A stretch of DNA of 64,000 nt from a bacterium (lineage in GTDB: Bacteria; UBP14; UBA6098; B30-G16): NCBI GenBank assembly GCA_030613005.1, contig JAUWMV010000004.1, positions 29,211-93,210 on the forward strand, written 5' to 3'. Both the position numbers and the translations under genes were made by a program. This document shows, in pieces, positions 49,583 to 60,598 of the stretch. Below the pieces are notes generated by a model. The model saw nothing but the letters and a program-made list of their open reading frames with translations. It did no database searches and was not told where the DNA came from. How positions within the stretch are numbered: position 1 is the first letter of the stretch; the number at the start of each line of letters is the position of its first letter.

Positions 49583-49594
49583 TTTAATACTCCG

Positions 49595-50632
49595 CTATTT
49601 TGTTTGCGTTATCGATTCCTTTTCTTCAGTCAGACTTCTAAGGTCCTCAAGTTCTTCATCAGTTAAATAGTTATTAGGATCCATTCCGAATTGCAATCCC
49701 AGCTTACCGAGGACAGATTGCAGCTCCTGCAGAGACTTCCGACCGAAATTCCTGAATTTGAGCATTTCCTGCTCAGTTCTAAGAACTAGATCAGCTAAAA
49801 ACCTAATATTAGCATTCCTCAAACAATTACTAGCTCTTACAGAAAGCTCTAATTCCTCTACATGCAATTTTAGCAAGGCTCTAATTTTTCTAGTTTCATC
49901 ATCGATTGATTCCTCTTCAATTTTCTCATACTTAACTTCAGGATGCAAGAACAATGTAATATGATCAATAAGAAGGTTTGCTGACATTGCTAACGTTTCC
50001 CTGGGAGTAATACTACCATCGGTATTTATTTCAATAATCAATTTATCGTAGTCGGTTTTCTGACCTACACGTGAGGGCTGAACTGAAAAATTCACTTTTT
50101 TAATTGGAGTATATATTGCATCTATGCTAATAGTACCTATGGGTGCTTCAGAGTCCTTATGTTCCTCAGCAACTGAGAAACCCTTACCAACACCGAGATT
50201 CATATCAATAACAATCTTACGTTTTTGTGTTATATTGCAAATAAGATGGCCCTTATTCAAAATTTCAACTTCAGCGGGTGTTTCAATATCTGATGCCAAT
50301 ACCTGTCCTTGTTTTTCAACATCCAGTCGAACAGGTTTTGGAAAATCACCTTTCACTTTAAATCTCACGCCTTTAAGATTTAGAATTATCTCCGGAACAT
50401 CTTCATAAATACCATCCAAGGAAGAGAATTCATGGAGAATACCATCGATCTTAATAGACTCAATGGCAACTCCCTGCATGGACGATAAAATAACTCTTCT
50501 CAGAGAGTTTCCTAATGTAATGCCATATCCTTTTTCCATAGGTTCAACAATAAACCTACCAAATGTAGGACTATCCTTTGTTTGAGGGTCCTCAACAAGC
50601 TCTTCGGGCATTTGCATTGCTTTCCATTTCAT
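49595..50632 (-). CDS. rpoA: DNA-directed RNA polymerase subunit alpha
   Basis: N-terminal assembly domain (GYGITLGNSLRRVLLSS) and C-terminal alpha-CTD (LELSVRASNCLRNANI). 345 aa. Confidence 0.9.
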   Translation of the reverse strand: MKWKAMQMPEELVEDPQTKDSPTFGRFIVEPMEKGYGITLGNSLRRVILSSMQGVAIESIKIDGILHEFSSLDGIYEDVPEIILNLKGVRFKVKGDFPKPVRLDVEKQGQVLASDIETPAEVEILNKGHLICNITQKRKIVIDMNLGVGKGFSVAEEHKDSEAPIGTISIDAIYTPIKKVNFSVQPSRVGQKTDYDKLIIEINTDGSITPRETLAMSANLLIDHITLFLHPEVKYEKIEEESIDDETRKIRALLKLHVEELELSVRASNCLRNANIRFLADLVLRTEQEMLKFRNFGRKSLQELQSVLGKLGLQFGMDPNNYLTDEELEDLRSLTEEKESITQTK

Positions 50633-50693
50633 AAATATATGCTCCTCGCGTTCTTATAAATTCCCTCTCACACAATGAATTCCACAAATGGGA

Positions 50694-51332
50694 TTATCGA
50701 GAGTAGAACTCTACAATAAGACTTTCATTGAATGTAACCGGTATTTCCTCACGAACCGGTATAGATAATAACCGACCCTCGAGGTGAGCTTTGTCCAATT
50801 GAAGCCAGGGAAGGTCTTGAATTCTACCTCGTTTTTTTAGCATTTCATGAATTATGTCAAGTTGTCTACTTTTCTCTCTAACAGAAACAACATCACCTGG
50901 TTTAATTAAATAACTTGGAATATCAACCTTTCTTTGGTTAACCATATAATGCCCATGTCTGACAAGTTGCCTCGAAGCTCTTCTTGATGGTGAAAATCCA
51001 AGTCTATATACAATGTTATCTAATCTTCGCTCAAGAAGTTGAAGCAAATTTTCACCGGTTTTGCCGGGTGTTCTTAATGCCTTTTTATAATATAAACGGA
51101 ACTTTTTTTCTAAAATACCATAATATGTTCTAATCTTTTGTTTTTCCCGGAGTCTGATACCATAATCCTTTACTTTACGCCTTGCAGGTTGTCCAAACTT
51201 ACCTCTTTGACCAGGAAGATTTGGTCTTTTATTAAATGCACACTTGTCAGAAAAACAACGATCACCTTTAAGGAACAGTTTTAATCCTTCTCTTCTACAT
51301 AACCTACATACTGGTCCAATATACCTTCCCAT
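50694..51332 (-). CDS. rpsD: 30S ribosomal protein S4
   Basis: MGRYIGPVCRLCRREGLKLFLKGDRC. Confidence 0.9.
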   Translation of the reverse strand: MGRYIGPVCRLCRREGLKLFLKGDRCFSDKCAFNKRPNLPGQRGKFGQPARRKVKDYGIRLREKQKIRTYYGILEKKFRLYYKKALRTPGKTGENLLQLLERRLDNIVYRLGFSPSRRASRQLVRHGHYMVNQRKVDIPSYLIKPGDVVSVREKSRQLDIIHEMLKKRGRIQDLPWLQLDKAHLEGRLLSIPVREEIPVTFNESLIVEFYSR

Positions 51333-51464
51333 AGCTTAATACTCCTCAATTTCGAATGATAGACTCCAGTTTTAATTTTAATTAACAAAATTTCAATTAT
51401 TAATAATCAAAATTTCAATATCTAATTATTCATTTAAATACACAATAAGTTTTATCTCACAATT

Positions 51465-51851
51465 CTATACACGACGTTTTTTACGAGGTTTGCATCCCGC
51501 AAATGGAGTAGGTGTAATATCTCTAATTCTCGAAAGATGAATACCACCTGTAGTAAGTGATCTAACTGCCGCTTCACGTCCAGGACCGGGACCCTTGATC
51601 CAAACCTCAACTCTTCTCATACCAGCATCATAGGCTTCCTGAGCAGCGGCTCTCGACGCCAGTTGTGCTGCATAAGGTGTGGATTTCTTTGTTCCTTTAA
51701 ATCCTATTTTTCCACCTGAAGACCAAGCAATAACATTACCCTTTTCATCGCTAAAAGTAATGATAGTATTATTGAAAGTAGAATGAATATGCACTATACC
51801 GTATTCCGATGTAACTTTTTTGACTTTTCTTGCAATCCTTCGTTTTGCCAA
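51465..51851 (-). CDS. rpsK: 30S ribosomal protein S11
   Basis: [18 protein letters not shown]...[14 protein letters not shown]. Confidence 0.9.
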   Translation of the reverse strand: MAKRRIARKVKKVTSEYGIVHIHSTFNNTIITFSDEKGNVIAWSSGGKIGFKGTKKSTPYAAQLASRAAAQEAYDAGMRRVEVWIKGPGPGREAAVRSLTTGGIHLSRIRDITPTPFAGCKPRKKRRV

Positions 51852-51864
51852 TTAACTGTCCTCC

Positions 51865-52233
51865 TTACTTTTTCCTTCCACCAATTCTAGGTCGCGCACC
51901 TTTACGAGTTCTGGCGTTATCTCTGGTTCTCTGACCTCTGACGGGCATACCAGATTTATGTCTAATACCTCTCCAGCATTTAATCTCGATAAGACGTTTA
52001 ATACTACCAGCTACTTCTGCTCTAAGAGCACCCTCAACTTTGTAGTTCTCATCTATATACAGTCTAATACGAGCAACCTGTTCATCTTCAAGGTCATGAA
52101 CGCGGATCGACGGGTCAATCCTCGTGCCGATGAGAGTAGACCGTGATCGATTCCAGCCAATTCCATAGATATAAGTCAATGCAACATCAATCCTTTTATT
52201 TCTTGGTAAATCAACTCCTGCAATACGCGCCAT
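51865..52233 (-). CDS. rpsM: 30S ribosomal protein S13
   Basis: [26 protein letters not shown]. Confidence 0.9.
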   Translation of the reverse strand: MARIAGVDLPRNKRIDVALTYIYGIGWNRSRSTLIGTRIDPSIRVHDLEDEQVARIRLYIDENYKVEGALRAEVAGSIKRLIEIKCWRGIRHKSGMPVRGQRTRDNARTRKGARPRIGGRKK

Positions 52234-52251
52234 TATTCTCCCCTCAAAAAA

Positions 52252-52365
52252 CTAACCCTGACGTTGTTTATGCCTAGGATTCGTACAAATAACCATAACG
52301 ACACCATGGCGTTTAATAATTCGACATTTATTGCACATTTTCTTTACTGATGTTCTGACTTTCAT
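52252..52365 (-). CDS. rpmJ: 50S ribosomal protein L36
   Basis: 37-aa minus-strand [40 protein letters not shown], between rpsM and infA. Below the ORF-track size cutoff. Confidence 0.8.
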   Translation of the reverse strand: MKVRTSVKKMCNKCRIIKRHGVVMVICTNPRHKQRQG

Positions 52366-52487
52366 TGTATCCTCTAAAACATAATTATAATCATACATCT
52401 ATTATTGTATTAAAAAAGTTTGATAAACAACGCTTATCAAACAGTTCAAAAGTAAGAACTGTAACCTCTAAAATAAATACTAGACGA

Positions 52488-52709
52488 CTATTTATAACGA
52501 TATATAATTCTTCCCTTTGTTAAATCGTAAGGTGTCAATTCTATGGTTACTCTGTCACCAGGAAGAATCCGAATATAATTCTTTCGCATTCTACCCGAAA
52601 TATAAGCCATAACTATATGTCCATTGTCAAGCCTAACCATAAAAGAAGTATTAGGTAAGGCCTTTTCCACAACTCCTTCTACTTTTATTGTATCTTTCTT
52701 CTTTGGCAT
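52488..52709 (-). CDS. infA: translation initiation factor IF-1
   Basis: [33 protein letters not shown]. 73 aa. Confidence 0.9.
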   Translation of the reverse strand: MPKKKDTIKVEGVVEKALPNTSFMVRLDNGHIVMAYISGRMRKNYIRILPGDRVTIELTPYDLTKGRIIYRYK

Positions 52710-52808
52710 AATTTTAAAAGCAAGAATATAGTTAAATTAAAATCAATATCAAGAATAAAATGACCTTATTCAAAAAAAACGAGAAATAAATATTAAAACT
52801 CAATAAAA

Positions 52809-53612
52809 TCATACTTCGGGAGGAATATATGCTTCAGAACCATCATCCAATACAGTTAACAAAACAGTCTTATCGTGCTCGATGAGAATTGAATGTTCAA
52901 AATGTGCGGATAGAGAATTGTCAACAGACTTAACTGTCCAGCAGTCATCCTTAGAAATACTTACTTTCCACCCACCCATACAAACCATAGGTTCAATAGC
53001 AATAATCATGCCTTCCCGTAAAGTAGCATCGTAATTTTTGTCTACAAAATTAGGTACTTGCGGGTCCTCATGAAGTTTTATTCCTACTCCATGACCCACT
53101 AAATCTCTAACGACGTTATACTTAAAAGACTCCACATGTGTTTGAATAGCTCTAGAAATATCCGAAACTTTTCCGCCATTTATTGCGGCTTTTATTCCCA
53201 AATGTAAAGAGTCATATGTAACTTTTGCAAGTTTCCGAGTTTCCATTTCTGCTCCTTCGATTACATACGTAGTAGCACCATCACCAATATATCCTTTAAA
53301 ATTTACACCAACATCAACGCTAACTAAATCGCCACACTTGATTCTCCGGTTTCCAGGAATTCCATGAACAATCTCTTGGTTAATCGATATGCAAATATAA
53401 CCGGGGTAAGCTGGCATTCCTTTGCTTTGTCTATAACCATAAAATGCGGAAGTAGCACCGAACTTCTTGAAAACTTCAATAGCCTTGGCTTCCAAGTCCG
53501 AAGTCCTAACTTCTGGTTTAGCTATAAATGACATTTCACGAATCGCTTCAGCGACGATTCTCCCTGCCTGCCTTATGTATTCTATCTGTTTCTGTGTTTT
53601 TATAAGAATCAT
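52809..53612 (-). CDS. map: type I methionine aminopeptidase
   Basis: Pita-bread fold motifs. Start taken at ATG 53612 (MILIKTQKQIEY). A TTG at 53627 is possible. Overlaps the adk 3' end. Confidence 0.85.
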   Translation of the reverse strand: MILIKTQKQIEYIRQAGRIVAEAIREMSFIAKPEVRTSDLEAKAIEVFKKFGATSAFYGYRQSKGMPAYPGYICISINQEIVHGIPGNRRIKCGDLVSVDVGVNFKGYIGDGATTYVIEGAEMETRKLAKVTYDSLHLGIKAAINGGKVSDISRAIQTHVESFKYNVVRDLVGHGVGIKLHEDPQVPNFVDKNYDATLREGMIIAIEPMVCMGGWKVSISKDDCWTVKSVDNSLSAHFEHSILIEHDKTVLLTVLDDGSEAYIPPEV

Positions 53613-54282
53613 ATGTTTTCTTATCAATAATATTTATTTCGAATAATGAATTAAGAATTTTTTCCCAACACTTTTTAATTGTGCCAGTCGAATCTACTCG
53701 AATGTATGGAATAGATTTAGCTATATAAAAGTCTAAAATCGGTTTCGATTGTTCTTTGTAAACTTTTAGTCTTCTTCTAATAACATTTGGATTATCATCT
53801 TCCCTTTGAATTAATGGAGTATCATCGAAATCGCACCTCATATTTTTTTTTGGTGGTGCGGTCATCATATTATAAGCTCTTCCGCAATAAGGACAAACCC
53901 ATCTGCTACTCAGACGATCAGTAATAGTTTTATCATTAGAGAAAATATCAAGAACCAGATCGATTACAAGATCGCGTTGTTTAAGAATTTCCAGTAATTT
54001 TTCCGCCTGATTAATTGTTCTTGGGAAACCGTCAAAAATAACACCTCCTTCGCCCTCCTCAGAGTCGATAATATTAGAAACGATTTCAATAATCAAATTA
54101 TCCGGGACGAGCTCGCCTGTTTTAATATAATTTTCAATTTTCCTACCAAGTTTAGTATCGCATTTGGCTTCATTTCTTAAAATATCACCAAGAGATAGAA
54201 CAGGAATTTTAAATAATGCAGTCAACGTTGGGGAATACGTGCCTTTACCTGCACCGGGTGGTCCTAATAACACCAAATACAT
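53548..54282 (-). CDS. adk: adenylate kinase (zinc-lid type)
   Basis: P-loop LLGPPGAGKGT. The lid has a CPYCGRAY...C.D cysteine cluster. 244 aa. Confidence 0.85.
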   Translation of the reverse strand: MYLVLLGPPGAGKGTYSPTLTALFKIPVLSLGDILRNEAKCDTKLGRKIENYIKTGELVPDNLIIEIVSNIIDSEEGEGGVIFDGFPRTINQAEKLLEILKQRDLVIDLVLDIFSNDKTITDRLSSRWVCPYCGRAYNMMTAPPKKNMRCDFDDTPLIQREDDNPNVIRRRLKVYKEQSKPILDFYIAKSIPYIRVDSTGTIKKCWEKILNSLFEINIIDKKTYDSYKNTETDRIHKAGRENRR

Positions 54283-54465
54283 TAAATTACCCCGATTTTC
54301 TATTTCTAATTAACCGAATTCTCAGTTTTCAATTATTGATTAATACATGAGAATTCCCAACATGCTTATTGAATAAACTCAGATATGATTATTAAATGCA
54401 ATCCAAAAGAAAAAAATCATTCCATTAATTAGAAGTAATTTATTACGATCATATTGCTGATTGAA

Positions 54466-55785
54466 TTAACGTCTCCCTCTAATTTTCCCTGATTTCATAA
54501 AGCCATCATAATGTCTCATAAGAAGATGGGTCTCAATTTGCTGAAGCGTATCTATCACAACACCTACAATAATTAACAAACTAGTACCCCCAAACCAGAA
54601 TGAAAACCCGGTTTTACTTACAATCATCATAGGTAAAATTGCTATAAGAGCTAAGCCCATCGAACCGGGTAAAGTTATTCTTGTTAAAACCTTATCGATG
54701 TAACTGCTTGTTTGCGGTCCCGGTCGTTTCCCCGGGATAAATCCGCCGTATTTTTTCAGATTATCTGCCACATCAACAGGATTAAAAATTACTGCTGTAT
54801 AGAAATAAGCAAAAAATACGATTAATACGCCGTAGGTAATAATATAAACTGGACTTGAGATAGTAAAAGCACTCCCTAAAATTGTAGTAATAGCACCTTC
54901 AGGGAGAACTTTTGCCAATGTTTGTGGCAAAAACATCACCGCTTGAGCGAAAATAATTGGTATAACACCGGCAGCGTTCATTTTAATAGGCAAATGTGCG
55001 GTTTGACCGCCGTAAACCTTTCTGCCAACAACTCTCCGTGCATATTGAACAGGAATCTTCCGTGATGCTTGAGTTAGCAATATTGCAACACTCACAAAAA
55101 ACACAATCACTGCCAAAATAATTATCTCTGCAAAAATACTTCTTCCCCCACCTGCACCGTAAGCTAATATATTCCTTATTTCTATAATAATCGAACTGGG
55201 AAGTCTTGCTACAATACCCACCAGAATAAGAATCGACATACCGTTGCCGATACCCTTTTCAGTGATTAATTCACCAAGCCACATAATTATTGCTGCTCCG
55301 GTTACTAATCCAATAACTCCAAGAATAATGAAAGAGAAATGTGGTAGCAAAATTGCTGCAGAAAAATTCTTTGTCAGATAGATAAGTATACCCCATCCTT
55401 GTGCTGTGGCAATAATTAATGCACCGTATCTGGTATACTGATTAATCTTACGTCTGCCTTCTTCGCCCATTTTTTGAAGCTGTTGGAAATACGGAATGAC
55501 CGCTCCTAAAAGCTGCAAAATAATAGAAGCGGTAATATACGGCATAATACCTGTCGCAAAAATAGCCGCTCTTCTTAGAGCACCACCTACAAAAAGGTCG
55601 TATAAACTTAAAAGACCACCACCCCCAACTCCCTGTAATCCCTTAAGAGTTTGCAAACTAATACCGGGTAATGGAATGTGACCGCCGAGACGGTAAAGAA
55701 TAACAAAAGCCATCGTAAATAAAATTTTTCTTCTTAAATCAGGTATCTTCCAAATATTACCGAGAGTCTCGAACAAGCGTCTCAT
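54466..55785 (-). CDS. secY: preprotein translocase subunit SecY
   Basis: 439 aa. Ten predicted transmembrane segments. GIMPYITASIILQLL and GNGMSILI motifs. Confidence 0.9.
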   Translation of the reverse strand: MRRLFETLGNIWKIPDLRRKILFTMAFVILYRLGGHIPLPGISLQTLKGLQGVGGGGLLSLYDLFVGGALRRAAIFATGIMPYITASIILQLLGAVIPYFQQLQKMGEEGRRKINQYTRYGALIIATAQGWGILIYLTKNFSAAILLPHFSFIILGVIGLVTGAAIIMWLGELITEKGIGNGMSILILVGIVARLPSSIIIEIRNILAYGAGGGRSIFAEIIILAVIVFFVSVAILLTQASRKIPVQYARRVVGRKVYGGQTAHLPIKMNAAGVIPIIFAQAVMFLPQTLAKVLPEGAITTILGSAFTISSPVYIITYGVLIVFFAYFYTAVIFNPVDVADNLKKYGGFIPGKRPGPQTSSYIDKVLTRITLPGSMGLALIAILPMMIVSKTGFSFWFGGTSLLIIVGVVIDTLQQIETHLLMRHYDGFMKSGKIRGRR

Positions 55786-56228
55786 TCTATCTCCTCAAAA
55801 TTTCCGCCTGCTGCTTTAATTTTTTCAATAGCACTCACAGATGCCTTGTGAATTTTGACCGAGAGTTGAATTCTTATCTCACCATCACCCAGAAGTTTAA
55901 TCCGACCATGTTTCCTAATAATTCTCTTTTCCATAAGAAGTTCGGGTGTAATTTCGTCACCCTCATTAAACCTTGCTAAGTCTCGAATATTAAGAATATT
56001 GTATATTTTCTTGAATGGATAATTAGAAAATCCTTTTTTGGGAAGCCTTCTTGAAAGAGGCATTTGTCCACCTTCAAACCATGGATATTTTTTGGCACCA
56101 CTTCTTGAAAGGGATCCCTTATGCCCTCGACCGGAGGTTTTTCCTCGACCCGAACTTTCCCCTCTGCCAACTCGCTTCCTTCTCTTCGTTGAGCCATATG
56201 GGGGTTTCAAATCACCTATACGAAGCAT
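55782..56228 (-). CDS. rplO: 50S ribosomal protein L15
   Basis: RVGRGESSGRGKTSGRGHKG. Start taken at the ATG 5 nt after GGAGG (MLRIGDLKP). Overlaps the secY start by 4 nt. Confidence 0.85.
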   Translation of the reverse strand: MLRIGDLKPPYGSTKRRKRVGRGESSGRGKTSGRGHKGSLSRSGAKKYPWFEGGQMPLSRRLPKKGFSNYPFKKIYNILNIRDLARFNEGDEITPELLMEKRIIRKHGRIKLLGDGEIRIQLSVKIHKASVSAIEKIKAAGGNFEEIE

Positions 56229-56306
56229 TTTATCCTCCAAAACAAATTTCTAATTAATAAAGATTCTATTATTAAATCGCTATCCTTGAACGCAATATTA
56301 TCGCTT

Positions 56307-56495
56307 TCATTCCTCTTCACAAATTTCGTAATGAATTAAGTGTTTTACTTTTCTAATCATTCCCAAAATCTGTGGAGTGGCATTATGAATAACTGTTCTT
56401 CTAATCTTACCCAATCCAAGGGAATGAATAGTATCCTTCTGATCTTTTCTATAACCAATTGCGCTTTTAAATTGAGTAATTTTTACCTTTTTCAA
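56307..56495 (-). CDS. rpmD: 50S ribosomal protein L30
   Basis: MKKVKITQFKSAIGYRKDQKDTIHSLGLGKIRRTV. Confidence 0.85.
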   Translation of the reverse strand: MKKVKITQFKSAIGYRKDQKDTIHSLGLGKIRRTVIHNATPQILGMIRKVKHLIHYEICEEE

Positions 56496-56508
56496 TTTTC
56501 TGTCCTCC

Positions 56509-57030
56509 TTATCGAGACCTTAGTCGTTCGACAGGAATTCCTCGTCTTTTAGCAACCATATTAAGGTCTTCGAGCATATCTAGAGCTTTTATAGTAGCAT
56601 AAACTACATTAACTGCAGTTCTAGATCCCAAAACTTTGGTAATAGCGTCCTGAACACCAAGTGCCTCAAGAATAGCTCGCACACCACCGCCTGCAATAAC
56701 ACCAGTTCCGGGAGCAGCTGGCTTAATCATTATCCTTGTTGCTTCATAACGAGCTTCAACAGGATGTGGAATTGTTCTTCCACCATCCGAAACTGGATAA
56801 GATTTCATGTTTATTCTTGCAATCTCATTACCCTTGCGGATGGCCTCTGCAACTTCACGAGCTTTTCCCAGTCCTACTCCTACTCTTCCCTCTTTATCAC
56901 CAACCGCAATAAGAGCAGTAAACCCCATGTTCTTTCCACCCTTAACCACCTTTGCTACTCTGTTAATGAAAATAACTCTTTCTTCGAAACCTTCATTAAC
57001 ATCATCTCTTCTTCTTCTATCCCTAGCCAA
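56509..57030 (-). CDS. rpsE: 30S ribosomal protein S5
   Basis: VVKGGKNMGFTALIAVGD and GTGVIAGGGVRAILE. Confidence 0.9.
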   Translation of the reverse strand: MARDRRRRDDVNEGFEERVIFINRVAKVVKGGKNMGFTALIAVGDKEGRVGVGLGKAREVAEAIRKGNEIARINMKSYPVSDGGRTIPHPVEARYEATRIMIKPAAPGTGVIAGGGVRAILEALGVQDAITKVLGSRTAVNVVYATIKALDMLEDLNMVAKRRGIPVERLRSR

Positions 57031-57049
57031 TTATCACCTCTCTATACAA

Positions 57050-57424
57050 TCAGAATTTAAGACCTGCTTCACGAGCCCCATCCGCCAATGCTTTCACTCT
57101 CCCAATAAATTTAAACCCATGCCTATCAAAAATAACTTTCTTAATATTGGTTTTTTTAGCACGTTCTGCAATAAGTCTACCAACAATTTTTGCTTGTTCG
57201 GTTTTGTTCTTATTTGAAATTTCCTCTTTAATCTCCGTGGATAAAGTGGATGCTGAAGTTATAGTTTTACCTGTGGTATCATTAGCTAACAAAGCATAAA
57301 TATGTCGAGAAGTGCGTGTAACGCATAACCTAGGTCTATCTTCTGTGCCGGTTAACTTAGAACGCGTCCTAAAAGCTCTTCTTTTACGAGCTATTCTTCT
57401 TTTTTTTATTTGAGTTTCGCGCAT
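57050..57424 (-). CDS. rplR: 50S ribosomal protein L18
   Basis: RPRLCVTRTSRHIYA...FDRHGFKFIGRVKALADGAREAGL. Confidence 0.9.
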   Translation of the reverse strand: MRETQIKKRRIARKRRAFRTRSKLTGTEDRPRLCVTRTSRHIYALLANDTTGKTITSASTLSTEIKEEISNKNKTEQAKIVGRLIAERAKKTNIKKVIFDRHGFKFIGRVKALADGAREAGLKF

Positions 57425-57454
57425 TAATAATCCTCCACATATATCCCAAATCGG

Positions 57455-58039
57455 TTATATTCCTGCTTTTCCTACTTTAATATGGACACGTTCATCCGAG
57501 TATCTAATGCCTTTGCTTTTATAAACATCAGGTGGTTTAATAGACCTAATCTTTGCTGCAACCTGTCCTACCTGTTGTTTGTCTACTCCACTTACTTTAA
57601 GCTTTGCGGTAAGATATTGATTAGGTGTTCCGGGAGCAAAAACCTTGGTAGATATTGGTTCCACTTTAACATTAACACCCTCAGGTGGAACGAAATATAT
57701 CTGATGAGAATAGCCAACGGATATTACGACAGCTCTTCCTCTCTGTTCTGCTTTATATCCTATGCCTATTATATCCAACGAAATTTCGAACTCTTCTAAT
57801 ACGCCTTTAATAATATTTGCTAGAAGACTTCTATAAAGACCATGTAACGCGTCAACTCGACGAGTTGAATTCATTTTTTCAAGAATAATTTCACCATCAA
57901 TTAATTTTGTTGAAATTACTGGATCAACCCACTGTGATAGCTTTCCTTTTGGTCCTGTAATATGGATGAAATTGTTGGAATCAATTTTAACTTTAACACC
58001 TTTAGGAATACTAATAGGTTTTTTCCCAACCCGTGACAT
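57455..58039 (-). CDS. rplF: 50S ribosomal protein L6
   Basis: MSRVGKKPISIPKGVKVKID...GYSHQIYFVPPEGV. Confidence 0.9.
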   Translation of the reverse strand: MSRVGKKPISIPKGVKVKIDSNNFIHITGPKGKLSQWVDPVISTKLIDGEIILEKMNSTRRVDALHGLYRSLLANIIKGVLEEFEISLDIIGIGYKAEQRGRAVVISVGYSHQIYFVPPEGVNVKVEPISTKVFAPGTPNQYLTAKLKVSGVDKQQVGQVAAKIRSIKPPDVYKSKGIRYSDERVHIKVGKAGI

Positions 58040-58143
58040 CTTAAACCTTCCTTAATTTCTAAATTATATTTTACATCAATTAAAAATAAAATTTCCTTTT
58101 CTCATTAGAAAAAATAATAAGCATTTATTATCCCAAGCTTTAA

Positions 58144-58545
58144 TCACCATATATAACAGAGAACTTCTCCACCTACGTGTAATAATCGAGCTTGTCTATC
58201 AGTTAGAACACCCCTAGGTGTCGACAGAATTGCAGTACCCAAACCACCTCTAACAACAGGCAATGAGGAAAGCTTAGAGTAAATTCTTCTTCCAGGTTTA
58301 GAAATCCTTTTCATACCCTTGATAGCTGATTTTCCATCTTGAAACTTCATATATAGTTTAATTATCCTCATATCTCCCGATAAAGCGATAATTTTATACC
58401 CTCTAATATAACCTTCCTCGGTAAGAATACGGGAAACCTGGTGTTTCATCCTGCTTGAGGGCATAGAAACAGTATTCAATCCTCTCACAAACGCATTTCG
58501 GACTCTGGCTAACATATCACCTATGGGATCAATAATAACACCCAT
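58144..58545 (-). CDS. rpsH: 30S ribosomal protein S8
   Basis: DPIGDMLARVRNA...EEGYIRGY. Confidence 0.9.
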   Translation of the reverse strand: MGVIIDPIGDMLARVRNAFVRGLNTVSMPSSRMKHQVSRILTEEGYIRGYKIIALSGDMRIIKLYMKFQDGKSAIKGMKRISKPGRRIYSKLSSLPVVRGGLGTAILSTPRGVLTDRQARLLHVGGEVLCYIW

Positions 58546-58719
58546 ATTTCCTCCTATATCAACGGGGGAATATCATTTGGAATTATTCCCCTGTGAAATT
58601 TACAACTCATCGAGTAGTTTCAATTAAATTTTATCTCTCTTATAAACTTAACTAAATTATTCTCTTCATTTGTTTACTCATTATAAGAAATAACTCAAGA
58701 TTACACTAAAAATGAAATT

Positions 58720-58905
58720 TTACCAGCTAGATTTTCTAACTCCGATAATTTCACCCATATTAGCGAGATCTCTTAAACATATTCTACATAGACCAAAATC
58801 TCTATAATAAGCTCTCGGTCTTCCACATCGCTCACATCGATTATGTTTTCTAGTCTTAAATTTGGGTTCTTTCTTTTGCTTTTCAATTTGAGCTTTTCTA
58901 GCCAT
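58720..58905 (-). CDS. rpsZ: 30S ribosomal protein S14, zinc-binding type Z
   Basis: 61 aa with [20 protein letters not shown] (CX2C...CX2C). Confidence 0.9.
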   Translation of the reverse strand: MARKAQIEKQKKEPKFKTRKHNRCERCGRPRAYYRDFGLCRICLRDLANMGEIIGVRKSSW

Positions 58906-58982
58906 AATCTCCTCTTAAATTTTTTTTAACAATTGCAAATATTCCAAATGCTAAATAAAGAAAAAAATCTATCTAACTTCAC

Positions 58983-59552
58983 TTAATCCATCCTTTTAAA
59001 CGGAAAGTCGAGAGCTCTGAGTAGTTCAATACCTTCCTCATCAGATCCCGCAGTTGTAACAAATGTAATATTCATTCCTCTAATTGCGTCAACTTTATCA
59101 TATTCAATTTCCGGAAATACAATCTGCTCGTCAATGCCCATGTTATAGTTTCCACGACCATCAAATCCATCTGTGCTTAAACCTCTAAAATCCCTAATTC
59201 TTGGCATTGTATAATTAACGAGCCTATCAAAGAAGTCCCACATTCTATTTCCTCTAAGTGTAACCATAACCCCAATAGCCATACCTTCACGGACTTTGAA
59301 ATTAGAGACTGACTTTTTTGCTTTGCAAATTTTAGGTTTTTGAGCTGTTATTATCCTTAAATCTCTAATTGCCGAATCAAGAACTTTAGGATTCCTCGAA
59401 GCTTCACCTACACCAATATTCACAACGATCTTCTCAAGAGAAGGAACCTGATTTATGTTAGAATAACCGATCTTTTCTTTCAATTTTGAGACTATTTCCT
59501 CACTATACTTTTTTTTATATCGAGGTATATATTTTTCTTCCTTATCAACCAT
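58983..59552 (-). CDS. rplE: 50S ribosomal protein L5
   Basis: [20 protein letters not shown]...[10 protein letters not shown]. Confidence 0.9.
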   Translation of the reverse strand: MVDKEEKYIPRYKKKYSEEIVSKLKEKIGYSNINQVPSLEKIVVNIGVGEASRNPKVLDSAIRDLRIITAQKPKICKAKKSVSNFKVREGMAIGVMVTLRGNRMWDFFDRLVNYTMPRIRDFRGLSTDGFDGRGNYNMGIDEQIVFPEIEYDKVDAIRGMNITFVTTAGSDEEGIELLRALDFPFKRMD

Positions 59553-59689
59553 TTTGCCTCCAATGATTCAACCTCAAGATATTTAAACCAGAATATACAA
59601 AATATTACAAACAGTAACCGAATTAATAACTGAATCTATAATATTTACAACAATCCGTGCATTATATATACTCAAAAATAGATACTGAA

Positions 59690-60040
59690 CTACTTATCCA
59701 CGATTTCATTACACTTCCTGCATATTCTGACTTTTGTTCCATCTTCAAGAAAGTGATGTCCAATTCGAGCAGGATAACCACAGCTTGGACAAATCAACAT
59801 CAGATTTGAAATATGAATCGGTGCTTCCCTAGTCTGGATACCACCCTGTGGATTTGTCTGAGTAGCACGAGTGTGTCTTTTCATGAATTTTATACTCTCA
59901 ACAATAACCTTTTGTACTCGAGGATACACTTTTAGAACTTTCCCTCGTTTACCTCGATCGTTGCCGGCTATTACTTCTACGATATCACCTTTTTTTATTT
60001 TTAAATGTATAGGTTTAAGTTTTTCTTTTCTCTTAGCCAT
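59690..60040 (-). CDS. rplX: 50S ribosomal protein L24 (Cys-containing C-terminal zinc-ribbon form)
   Basis: KOW motif IKKGDIVEVIAGNDRGKRGKVLKV. C-terminal CPSCGYPARIGHHFLEDGTKVRICRKC. Confidence 0.9.
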   Translation of the reverse strand: MAKRKEKLKPIHLKIKKGDIVEVIAGNDRGKRGKVLKVYPRVQKVIVESIKFMKRHTRATQTNPQGGIQTREAPIHISNLMLICPSCGYPARIGHHFLEDGTKVRICRKCNEIVDK

Positions 60041-60156
60041 ATCACATCTCCCAATTCACCTAATATAGTTCAAGTAATCTTCAATATTTCCTTTAAAATT
60101 ATCAAATATTTATATTAATTATTTATGTTTAAAACCAATTTCTATTATTTTTCAAG

Positions 60157-60525
60157 CTATAAAACCTCAGGTGCCAACGAAATAATCTTTGTATATTCGT
60201 GTTCTCTCAATTCTCTAGCTACTGGACCGAAAACTCGAGTACCCCTTGGTTCTCCATCCTCATTTACGATAACTGCAGCATTGTCGTCAAACTTAATATA
60301 ACTTCCGTTTCTGCGACGAATGGGCTTTCTTGTTCTCACAATAACTGCCTGAACAATATCTCCTTTTTTTATCTGAGAATTAGGTATTGCTTCTCTCACA
60401 GATACAACAATAGTTTGACCGATAGTAGCATAATTCTTTTTCGAACCGTGAGTCAAACCAATACATCTAACTTTTTTTGCACCTGAGTTGTCAGCAACTT
60501 TTAATTTGGTATTTCTAAAAATCAT
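60157..60525 (-). CDS. rplN: 50S ribosomal protein L14
   Basis: ATG 6 nt after [28 protein letters not shown]. Confidence 0.9.
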   Translation of the reverse strand: MIFRNTKLKVADNSGAKKVRCIGLTHGSKKNYATIGQTIVVSVREAIPNSQIKKGDIVQAVIVRTRKPIRRRNGSYIKFDDNAAVIVNEDGEPRGTRVFGPVARELREHEYTKIISLAPEVL

Positions 60526-60598
60526 TATTAACCTCCTGAGACATCTCACCCAGTCATATAGACGGAAACCAAAAGGTCATGGTGAATTCATTGGAGAA

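Noticed and set aside
53548-53627. Large adk/map and ispG/trxB coding overlaps (65-80 nt and 47 nt)
   Set aside because: These are probably start-codon over-extension of the downstream gene in the ORF track. Internal ATG or TTG starts with better spacing reduce the overlaps, so they are not evidence of anything unusual.
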